A DNA stretch of 63,949 bases, counting the filler, from a bacterium (GTDB lineage Bacteria; JAMORN01), in NCBI GenBank assembly GCA_027063545.1. It is 8 parts of 8 records of this genome, joined end to end, with 100 filler letters (N's around TTAATTAATTAA, not from the genome) between each part and the next. Parts side by side here need not be neighbours in the genome. Positions count along the whole stretch, not along the records: positions 1 to 8,300 come from JAMORN010000122.1; positions 8,401 to 16,494 come from JAMORN010000123.1; 6 more parts are not named here. The stretch is one strand, 5' to 3'. Under the pieces are notes generated by a model, which was given only the letters and a program-made list of their open reading frames with translations, was not told the origin of the DNA and did not search any database. This document shows, piece by piece, positions 1-9,396 of this stretch (position 1 is its first letter; every line of letters starts with the position of its first letter). A program made the position numbers and the translations under genes.

Positions 1-94
1 AACTACTAAGGATATATTAGGAGAAAAAGAAGTTAATTGAAAAAAAGTTTATTTTGTTCCTAATTTTTTGATAGGAAAAATTTTAAATTTTTAG
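1..94 (+). CDS. 3' end of a CDS truncated at the window edge, possibly an AAA_14/DUF4143 ATPase C-terminus (code 25)
   Basis: Frame from base 2 reads TTKDILGEKEVN(TGA=G)KKVYFVPNFLIGKILNF-TAG. The TKD...G..V.FVP pattern resembles DUF4143 C-termini (by eye). Confidence 0.4.
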
Positions 95-111
95 TTAAAA
101 ATGGATAGTAA

Positions 112-1128
112 ATGTATTTTAATTGACTAACTTTATGAATAGTTGCACCATCTTGGTGACCAGCAAGATTTTATTCTAAAAGATTAGAAAAGTGTATAAA
201 AAATGCTAAAAAATTGAAATTTAAGCTTAAATTTATGAAACACTCTTTAAATAGTAATTGATATATTTCGGATTCTCCTCAAAATAGAGCAGAGGATATA
301 CATCAGGCTTTTGTTGATCCAGAAGTAGATATTGTAATGACTATGATATGAGGAAATCATTCTTTGCAAGTACTTAAATATTTAGATTATGATTTAATTA
401 AAAGAAACTTTAAACCTTTTGTTGGTTTTTCTGACATAACGGTGCTTCATTATGCAATAATTTCTCAAATATGAAAACAAACATATTATGGTCCAGCCTT
501 TATGACACAATTTTGAGATTTAAGAAAAGAATTAGTAAACTATACATTTTGATATTTTGAAAAAGTTGTTGTGAAAAAGCAAAGGAATGTAATAGTACAA
601 TCAAGTAAGTATTATATAGATGATTTTGTAGATTGGGCTGAAGAAAGCAGATATAGAAAGCTTTATGTTAATAAATGACAACGGTGGCTTAAAAGATGAA
701 AAGCAATTTGACAGATAATATGATGATGTATACCTTCATTGAATCGGGTATTAGGAACAAGATATTGGATAAGTCCAAAAGATAAGATATTTTTTATAGA
801 TATACCTGAAGGACATTGTAGAATAGATGAATGATTGGAGATTCCAGATGTAGATGCTTGTTTTGCACAATTAGATAATGTTGGATTATTTGACGAAATA
901 AAGGGATTGGTAATATCGATTCCTTATAGGTATACTGAGAAAATGAAAAAAGATTTTGAAGATTTGATTTTATATTATACGAGGTGAAAAGATTATCCTA
1001 TCTTGATGGATGTTAATATATGACATATAGATCCTATTGTAAGTATTCCATATTTGTCTAATGTTTTATTAGATTCAGAGAAAGATTTATTTGTTTTAAA
1101 TTGTGAAAAAACTTGAAAAGTAGGATAA
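112..1128 (+). CDS. S66 family peptidase, MccF-like (338 aa, TGA=Gly)
   Basis: ATG112 to TAA1128 is open if 17 in-frame TGA are read as Gly. Motifs: GIVAPS, RAEDIHQAFVDPEV, MIGGNHS, FVGFSDIT (catalytic Ser), TYYGP, IIGGCIPSL, NIGHIDP (catalytic His). Several TGAs fall on conserved Gly positions. Confidence 0.92.
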
Positions 1129-1174
1129 AATTATTATAAGTCAATAGATACAATATAAATATTGAAACAAAAAC

Positions 1175-1214
1175 AAAACTCCTGGAAAGATGATAGAAAA
1201 TCCAGGAGTTTTTT
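1175..1214 (+). terminator. Intrinsic-terminator-like hairpin after the S66 gene
   Basis: Perfect 12-bp inverted repeat AAAACTCCTGGA (1175-1186) / TCCAGGAGTTTT (1201-1212), 14-nt loop, ending in a T-run. Confidence 0.65.
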
Positions 1215-1248
1215 ATTGTAAAAAGATTTATAATATAACAAAGAGGGA

Positions 1249-4200
1249 ATGGAAAAGAGGAAGGGTATAGAAAAAGGTAAGAGGCTAATATCTAGTGTAT
1301 TGATAGCGACAACTTTATTTACGAGTTGTTGATGATGAGGTGGATGATGAGGGTGAGGAGTTGAGGGAAGTAGTGTGGGAATAAGTGTGACGAATAGTGA
1401 TTTTCGAGGTAATCAGCAAAATATAGAAGATGAAGACAGTAAGATAGTGTATTGAAAAATAATAGATGATCCATTAGAAGGGTCAGAAGTAAGAATAAAG
1501 ACAGTAGATGGTTATACATTGTATGAGACGAGAACGGATGGAAGATGAGTATTTTGAGTAGATGTAGAGGAATTAAGAAAAAAATTAGATGAATTTTATG
1601 GGAAAGATGTAGATGTAAATAAGGTAAAGTTGGTAATAGAAGCAGAGGGGTGAGTAGAAATATATACTAGGGACAAATTTAAAGGTAGGATGATGACAAT
1701 AAAGTTAGAAGGAGAAGGTTTAGAAGATATTGTAGTAAATCCGTTATCAACAAAATTAGTAGAAGAGGTAAAGATTCAATGATATAGATTAACAGAGCTG
1801 AATAGGCAAATAGTAGAGCAAGTTATTAAGAATTTGCAGACGAAATATGGATATATGTATGATGTAGATGGAGATTGAAAAATAACGATAAAAGATTTTA
1901 ATAGATATGATCCAGATGAATATGATAGTGGATTAGAGGATAGTTTGAGAGATGAAGGATATTTTAAGAAATTAAAGAAGTGAGAGGAAAATATAGACAC
2001 TACAGAAGATAATTTTGAAAAAATAAGGGAAGTAGTAGAAAAGTTTATTAATACTAATGAGGATATAGATGACTCTAAAATAAAAGAGATAAAAAGTAAA
2101 GAAGAATTGATAAAGGAATTGGAGGCTAAATTGAAAAAGATAGAGGAAGAGATAGAAAGATTAAATAAGGAGATACAAGAGTTGAAAGATAAGTTAAACA
2201 ATGATTCTGGTAGTAAAGAGATATTGGAAGCGATAGAACAGTTGGATGCGAAGAGAGAGGAATTATTAGCAGAGATGTGAGAGATAAAATATTTGTTAAA
2301 TAAAGAGACTTTAACAGAAGAAGAGATAAAGGAGGCAATATGATTAATTAATTGAAACAGAGTGAAAAGGATAACAAGGGGTGTGAGTTATGGAGTATAT
2401 AGATTAGTTAAAGGGGAAGAAAATTTAGAAAATAAGAAAGAAGAACTAGCCAAGCAGTTAAATAATTTGGAAAAGATAAAGGAGGTGTTAGAGGGAGAGA
2501 TAGAAAATATAAAGGAAAATATAGAGAAATTAGGAAAAGAAATTCAGGATAAAGAAATTCAGGATAAAGAAATTCAGATTAAAGAGATAGAAAAAGGAGT
2601 TGAGCAGATAAATAGTCAGATAAAAGATTTAGAGGAAGAGTTGAAGAGATACGAAGAAGATAGAGCTAAAGCTAAAGAGTATTTAGATAGACGGAATAGA
2701 TTGTTAGCTCAAATAGAAGATGTAAAAGAGAATATGGATTATTGGTTTGAAGAAGATGGTAAATACTCTGAAGAATATTTTGATAAGAGACGAGAGTTGG
2801 GTATATTGGATAGTATACCAGGATGATATGAATATAAGTTTTTTGAAAAAAGATGGGAATATAAGGGTTATAATATATTGGTGGAATGATATAGACAAAA
2901 TAGAGATACCCAAACTCCATTTATACTTGTATTATATATAAATTGAGAAAGAAGAGATAGTGAAACGTTATATGTAGAGAATATTTCTGAGGTTAGCAAT
3001 AAAGTTAGTTGATATAACGATTATATAAAGGTAATGATAGACTGGGATATAGCATACGAAAAATATAAAGACTATAAAGTTAGATATGATAAATTGATAA
3101 ATCAGAAAGAAGAGCTAAAAGAAGAGATTTTAAGATTTGTAAAAAAATATGAAAAAGAAGATTGAACATATTATTCGATACCGGAGTTAATAAATAGAAC
3201 TAAAGAAGAAATAAGTAATAGAAGAAAGGAAAAGGATGATAAATTAAGTCTGATAAGAAGGATAAAAGAAGATAAAGAGAGGTTAAAGTCAAAAATGGAA
3301 CAGTTAAAGGAGGAATTAGAACAAAAGAGAAGAGAATTATTAGAGATACAAGAAAAGATAAATAAGATAAAAGAGAAATTAACGCAGTATCAAGTGATAG
3401 TGAAGGAAGAAATGACTAATATAGAGGATTATCTTGCATTTTCAGCAAATAGTAATTTAGAAGAAATTACAAATCAGATTAAGGATAAAGAAGAACAAAA
3501 AAAAGAGTATCAGAAACAAGAAGAGAGTATAAAAAATCAAATAGAGAAGAATAGATTAACAAATGAATTAAGACAGGATGATCCGTTATATTATGATGAA
3601 AATAAAAGAGAGTATATTTATGATATAAATCAAATACCATCGAATCCTACGAGGCTTATAGGGTGATTAAGATATTGAAGTGAATGATATATGAGGACAC
3701 CATATACAATATATATAAAATATGGGATAAATGGTGATGGTAGTAATTATCCTGCGAAGGTATGGGTAGAATATGTAGATGGGGAAGGGGTGAAGATATA
3801 TAAGGAGGAGATAGTGAACAATTATGAGTATAAGGAGTATATAAAATGGAAGTTGAAGGAGGAGATAGAGAATAAGTTGAGATCTCAGTTTGTAGAGGAG
3901 GGACAGTTGAATGTAGGTTGAGAAAAGGTAAGGTATTGGATAAGAAAGGATGATAGTTGAAAATGTTGGGGATGGTATGAGTGGAGGGATATTTTATATA
4001 GAATTAAATGATTTTTGGACAAAAAAGGACTGATAAAGCAGATAGAGACAGAAGTTTTAAATATGCAAAAAGAGCTAAAGGAAGAAACAACAGAGATAAA
4101 TATATATGATTATTTTAGATGGTGATGGATGTGATTTAAAGATGAATTAGGAATATATAATTTAGATATACCAATGTGATATTGTAAAGTAGAATGAAAA

Positions 4201-5304
4201 TATGAAAATATAAGAGAAGAGTACATGAAAGGTATGGAGCAAGTAGTAAATGATGATGAGATAAAGAAGGAGATGAAAGATATAATAATAGAAATGTGAA
4301 ATAAAATATGAAAATGATATAAAGATGGTTTAAAGGATAGTATAAAAGATACTTTCGATGTTTTGTGAACGATTGAAGGTTTGGCAGAAATAGCGGAATG
4401 AACTTGGAATTGAATGGTAGAATGTGTAGGTATAAGTATAGATTTGGCAGGTAGTACTGTGTTTAGTGGAATAGAAAAATTATGTTGATGGATAGGAAAT
4501 AGTTGGTGTGAAGAGAAGGCGAGAACATATAGAGAGACATTTGAATGGAATTTGCAAGTGAAAGATGAAGAAATAAAGAGAGTGATAGATGAAGTTAAAT
4601 GGTTTCTAACGGAATTAGATATAGATATAAAGGATGAAGAGATTTGATATGTATGAGGTTATACAACGTGAGTATTAGTATGATGAGCGTTAGTATGAAG
4701 TATAACAAAACAACCTAGTGTAGTTAGAGCTGTTATGATGAGAGTATTATGAAGAAATAAAGTAATAGTGAAGATAATTAAAAGAGCGATTAGAAAGAAA
4801 GATTATGGATGGATAAAGAAGAATAAATTGAGATTAGAGCAATTATTATGAGTGGAAGATAGTGGTAGATTATGGGAGGTAGGTATGGAGATATTTAAGA
4901 AAATGGAGAAGAATGAGATATTAGACTATATAAAGCAGTTAAAAGAGATAAAATCTTGAGAAGACTTGATAAATGTAGCAAGAAGAGTAGAGTATAGATT
5001 AGATCCAAGGATAGAGTGATGAGCGATAAAGGTGAAATGAGATTATGGATGAGCATGGAATATAATAGGGAAATTGGAGAAGAGTGGATGGAGATATTTA
5101 GAGAAAGAATCGGATAATTTTAGATGAGTAATAGTATATGAGAGTCCGAATGGGAGGTGGAAAGTGAATTTAAGGGAAGTGAGTAATAGTGAGGAGAAAT
5201 TTGAAAGAGCAGGGTATAAGGTAGAAGCTACAATAGATGTGATTGAGATTAAATGAAGTGATAAATATAAAACGGAAATAAAATTTATAATGTTAAAGGA
5301 ATAA
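1249..5304 (+). CDS. Large lipoprotein with polymorphic-toxin-like architecture (1351 aa, TGA=Gly)
   Basis: One frame from ATG1249 (GAGGG upstream) to TAA5304 with no TAA/TAG. Track ORFs 2362-2826, 3295-3666 and 3691-3921 are in-frame pieces split only at TGA. N-terminus is KRLISSVLIATTLFTS-C27 followed by 10 Gly; then coiled coils, a Gly-rich hydrophobic segment (4645-4698) and a compact C-terminal domain. Confidence 0.88.
2536..2580 (+). repeat. 15-nt in-frame tandem repeat x3 (KEIQD-KEIQD-KEIQI)
   Basis: AAAGAAATTCAGGAT twice, then AAAGAAATTCAGATT. Confidence 0.85.
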
Positions 5305-5308
5305 GACT

Positions 5309-5875
5309 ATGGAAAGTAGATATAAATTTTTAGAAAATCCATTTGATAAGAATAATAGTTTAGAGGAAGAATATATACATTATAGGTCAGTAATAGAATA
5401 CAAATTAAATAATGGGGAAATACCTTATTTAGATTGGTGGATAATATTTTTTCAGAGGAAACTAAAAAAAATGGGGATAGATTATAGAAGAGATGTAGAT
5501 ATATTGCCTTATGTATTAGAATATATCTGAGAGCTAATAAAGGAGAAGAAGGTGAAGGTGAATAAGATAGGGATAGAGGAGTATGATGAGCCTAGGAAGG
5601 AGAAGGTGAAGGTAGGGATAGATCCGGATACATGAGAAGATATAATAAAGGAAGTGGAAGTAAGATTTAGGCGGATAGATGAATGAGTATTAGATCCGTG
5701 TGAGATAGAGGATGAAAAGGAGTTAGAGAGAAAGGTAGAGGAATGGAAGAGTAAAACATATGAGTTATATAAGTATTTATTGAAAAAATATGGCAATGAT
5801 GCTGCGGAATATCTGTTATATATTTTGGAAATAAGAAGGACTACATGTTATGAATGAGAGATAAGGATAGAGTAG
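5309..5875 (+). CDS. Putative cognate immunity protein (188 aa, TGA=Gly)
   Basis: Starts 4 nt after the toxin stop with AAGGA upstream. Track ORF 5309-5530 continues through 4 TGA to TAG5875. Highly charged with no signal peptide. The ORF is seen directly; the function is inferred from position. Confidence 0.65.
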
Positions 5876-5899
5876 GCCTATGAAAGAGGCTTTTTTTTT
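5875..5899 (+). terminator. Short hairpin plus T9, possible terminator of the toxin-immunity unit
   Basis: GGCCT-ATGAAAG-AGGC-TTTTTTTTT directly at the immunity gene stop. Confidence 0.5.
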
Positions 5900-6253
5900 G
5901 AGTTAAAATTAGGAATCAAATATATAGAATTCAGATGAAATGTAAAACTAAGTATAGCAGAAGCTAGGTTAATGTTAGAAGCAATAAGAGATCAACTTTT
6001 GCAAACATTAAAAGGTATAAATGATATAAAAGATGTGAAAGACTTAATAAGATTAGCAGAAAAATATCAATATCTGGATCCATTGATAGAAAAGAACGTG
6101 ATATTTGTAAAATGAGATGAGGAATGAGCAATAAAGATAATAGAAAAATTTAGCTACTTTTTTATTGTGATGAAGAGGATTATTTTAAATGAATGAAAGT
6201 TTTTCAAAATTAATCGTAAGATTTCAAGAGAAGTGTACCACTTTAAGAAATAA
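5900..6253 (+). pseudogene. Orphan, truncated paralog of the toxin C-terminal tip
   Basis: The open frame (code 25) encodes LLQTLKGINDIKDVKDLIRLAEKYQYLDPLIEKNVIFVKGDEEGAIKIIEKF. This aligns by eye with toxin residues ILDYIKQLKEIKSGEDLINVARRVEYRLDPRIEGGAIKVKGDYGGAWNIIGKL. Similarity ends near 6151. Internal ATG at 5972, TAA at 6251-6253. Confidence 0.7.
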
Positions 6254-6341
6254 GATTAATTCTAGTATTAAAGAACACTTTATAAGCAGTTAAAAAGTTG
6301 TATATTTTTCTAGGCATTAAGTTTATTATATGTTAATATTA

Positions 6342-6421
6342 TGCACCATCAAGATTTTTGTTTTCATTGTAGTTGGTTGTTAGGTGTTAAATATTTTTAT
6401 TTTATTTATCTTGGTGGTGCA
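6342..6421. repeat. 14-bp inverted repeat with 52-nt loop
   Basis: TGCACCATCAAGAT (6342-6355) / ATCTTGGTGGTGCA (6408-6421). The single mismatch is a G-U-compatible pair on the + strand. Confidence 0.7.
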
Positions 6422-6457
6422 CTTCAAATTTTATTTAGATTAGCTTTTTCTAAATAT

Positions 6458-6485
6458 TTGACAATTTTTTTAAAATAATTATAAA
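6458..6485 (+). promoter_or_regulatory. Sigma70-type promoter
   Basis: TTGACA (6458-6463), 16 nt, TATAAA (6480-6485), about 40 nt upstream of ATG6525. Confidence 0.5.
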
Positions 6486-6524
6486 TAAATTAATGAAGAT
6501 TTTAAAAATTTAACTAATTTTGCT

Positions 6525-7319
6525 ATGTCAGAATTACAAAAAAATCAAGAAATTGAAAGACAACCTGAGACAAAAAAAAGTAAAATTTTTGGGATTAAAA
6601 AACAATTAGCAGCACTTTTAGCAGCAATATGAATATGAGTTTCAGGAGCAGTTGATAATGTAGGAAAGGTGATAATACCTTCAGCGTACGGAACTGAGGT
6701 TAAAACTTATAAACAGATAGAAGATAAGTTGAAGAATTTACAGCCTTGACATTTTTTGATAGTAAAATTATCTTCTAATGAATTAAAGGAATTAAAGAAG
6801 GATTTAAAAGATTGATATGAAATTTCTGTTCTAAAAGATGGAAGAGTAAAAATTATTAGAGTGAAAGAAAAAGGAAATGAGAAAGATTTGTTAAGTTGAT
6901 TAGATAATTTATCTATGTCAGATGATGAATTGAAGCAAATATCATGATTAGATAAATTAGAAAAAAAAGTTTCTCATATAGAAAGATTAGCGATAATGAG
7001 TCCGACACGGAGTATAGATTTGGTGGTATGAAAGTTTGAAGAATTATTTAAACAAAAAAAATATGATGAAATAATTAAATTGTTGAAAGATGCTTATAAA
7101 GCAAATAGTGTAGAAAGTTCTTATGTAGATAGAAAAGAGTGAGAATTATATTTTTGAAAGGATAAACAAGGATGAGTTTGGAAAAATTTTATAGAGATGA
7201 CAGAAAAAAGATTAAAGACTGTATCTGATAAAGGTGAAAAAAAGAAGTTGGAGGAAATTTTAAACTTATTAAAAAATATAAGAGAAATAGTAAAATTTAA
7301 AGATTATGATTTAGCATAG
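6525..7319 (+). CDS. Hypothetical membrane-anchored or secreted protein (264 aa, TGA=Gly)
   Basis: ATG6525 to TAG7319 is open with TGA=Gly. N-terminal hydrophobic segment QLAALLAAIGIGVSGAV contains two TGA-encoded Gly. Confidence 0.75.
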
Positions 7320-7333
7320 TTAGATTTTTTCTC

Positions 7334-8300
7334 ATGAATTTTGAAAAAATAGAACAAATACAAAAATGAAATGAATGAACTGAAAAAAAGGAACATTCAT
7401 TGTTTTCTGAGTTGGAAAATAAGAATAATATTTCAAAAGATTTTTTTGAAAATCAGATAAATAACTTCTTAAATAAAGAATGAATTGTGTGAAAACAAAT
7501 TTTTGAAAATTTTTTAAAATTCTTAAAGAAAAATAATTTATATGATGTAAAAGATGTTATAGCCTCTACGTATTTAATTAGTAAAATTATTGATTTAAAG
7601 AGTCCCCAAGAAGCTAAAAAAATTTTTTATTTGTTAATAAATCGTAAATCTAGTAAATTGTTAGTTTTATTAGGAAAATTTTCTCAATATGTAGATAAAG
7701 CTTATATCTACTATAAGCAGTTAAAAAATGTAGAAACAATTAGTAGATCAAAGTTAGAAAAACAATGAATTAATGCAGAAACTGCTAATAATCGATTTTC
7801 GGAAGTTTTTAAAATTTTTAAACAGGATGAGTATTTAAAAAAGTATTTTGAAAATATAGAAAAGTGAAAAATAAAGGTTTTTGAAGAATTGCTTAATATA
7901 ATAATAAATAAAGTAAAATCTTTTGGTAATGATCAGATAAAATTAACTGAATTAGTTAGTTGAGAAAAGTTAAATGAAGTAAAAATTTTTTTAGAAACTT
8001 TATTTAAGGGAAGGATAGACCAAATCTCTTTAGACGAAGTAAAAACAAAATTTATTTTTTTATCTTTAAAGCAAAGAGTAGCTAGTACTACTCCTAAATA
8101 TCAACAATCTATTGAAACTCAAGCCCAACAAATTTCAGAAAAATATGGAATATCTCAAGATGAGGCATTTATATATGTATTTAATAAGTTCTACCAAGAA
8201 AATCAACAATTTGCTAACAAAATATGAGAGATACCTTCTCAATATAAATGATTGATAGAATCTATTACTAAGAAAGTAGAAGAGCAAATAAAAGTTTCTG
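7334..8300 (+). CDS. Hypothetical protein, 3'-truncated at the fragment end (TGA=Gly)
   Basis: The ATG7334 frame has no TAA/TAG up to 8300, only TGA. Lys/Glu/Phe-rich, helical-looking. Confidence 0.75.
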
Positions 8301-8400
8301 NNNNNNNNNNNNNNNNNNNNNNNNNNNNNNNNNNNNNNNNNNNNTTAATTAATTAANNNNNNNNNNNNNNNNNNNNNNNNNNNNNNNNNNNNNNNNNNNN
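8301..8400. other. Artificial contig linker
   Basis: N44-TTAATTAATTAA-N44 (stops in all six frames). Confidence 0.97.
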
Positions 8401-8491
8401 TATTCTCTACCTCTACATACGCCTTTAAAATAGAGTTAATGCCAACAATGGTTGGAGGTAATATAGGAAGAAAATTACTGCTATTTTTCAT
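8401..8491 (-). CDS. Probable bactofilin N-terminus (truncated)
   Basis: MKNSSNFLPILPPTIVGINSILKAYVEVEN. The TIVG motif and the position directly downstream of an M23 peptidase fit the common M23-bactofilin pair. Confidence 0.5.
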
Positions 8492-8496
8492 AATTT

Positions 8497-9396
8497 TTAA
8501 TCTACTATTAATGTATCTGAATAAAAGAAATGTTTTGGATTTACTTGTTTATTATAAATTCTTACTTCGTAGTGTAAATGAGCTCCTGTAGATATACCAG
8601 TATTACCAATTTCTCCTATCTTTTGCCATCTTTTTACAACATCTCCTTCTTTAACAAAAATTCGGTGTAAATGAGCATAAACTGTTTTATACTTATTATT
8701 ATGCCTAATTATTATTATATTACCATAACTTTTAGAATAATAAGCCTTTTCAATTATTCCATCAGCAGTAGCAAAAACAGGAGTGCCAACTTCTCCGGCA
8801 ATATCTAAGCCTTTATGAAATTCATAAGTTCCATATAAAGGATGTATACGCCATCCAAATCCGGATGTAATATGAGTATTTTCTTTAGGACAAGGGAATA
8901 TAGAAGGCTTTGTTTCTATTTCAAAATTTTTTTGTTTTAGATTTTGAAGGATTTCATATTTTTTATGACTTAAATATCTTAAAAAGTTGTAATTTATATC
9001 ATATACCATTAATGTTCTTGAATAATCTTTATCATTTATTGTGATATAAGCACCACCACCAACTCCGAAGTCTTCTTTACTTTTTATTTGAGGTACAGAA
9101 GCAACAATATAATATTCTGGTAACATATTAGAAGCTAGTTTATCAATTTTTTTATTAATTTTTTTTACAAGATATTTATACATATTTAATTCTTTTTTTA
9201 CTATAGATAATTTAATTGAATAGTAGTCTTTCTCTATTTTTGAAAAGATAAAGCTTCCGTATATAAACATTAAATAAATAATTAAAACAACAACAATAAT
9301 TTTTAAACTATTATATAAATATGAAAAGAGTTTAAAATCAAAAAATTTAATAACAAACTTTTTATTGTTTATTATTAATATGTAATTTTTTATCAT
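8497..9396 (-). CDS. M23 family metallopeptidase with N-terminal TM segment
   Basis: [31 protein letters not shown] motifs. Confidence 0.92.
   Translation of the reverse strand: MIKNYILIINNKKFVIKFFDFKLFSYLYNSLKIIVVVLIIYLMFIYGSFIFSKIEKDYYSIKLSIVKKELNMYKYLVKKINKKIDKLASNMLPEYYIVASVPQIKSKEDFGVGGGAYITINDKDYSRTLMVYDINYNFLRYLSHKKYEILQNLKQKNFEIETKPSIFPCPKENTHITSGFGWRIHPLYGTYEFHKGLDIAGEVGTPVFATADGIIEKAYYSKSYGNIIIIRHNNKYKTVYAHLHRIFVKEGDVVKRWQKIGEIGNTGISTGAHLHYEVRIYNKQVNPKHFFYSDTLIVD

Noticed and set aside
1113-1140. TTGAAA-16-TATAAG as the toxin promoter, with the 1175-1214 hairpin as an attenuator
   Set aside because: Such matches are common in AT-rich DNA, and the hairpin is more simply the terminator of the upstream gene.
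1319-5796. Minus-strand track ORFs (1319-1519, 1776-2201, 2126-2338, 2672-2920, 2704-2913, 5509-5796) and + ORF 2747-2941
   Set aside because: Antisense or off-frame shadows (mostly Leu/Ser/Phe-rich) of the purine-rich code-25 genes.
112-8300. Reading fragment 1 as a field of pseudogenes, or as table 4 (TGA=Trp)
   Set aside because: Only TGA interrupts the frames, with no TAA/TAG or frameshifts. TGA occupies conserved Gly sites and a poly-Gly run, and TGG is used for Trp.
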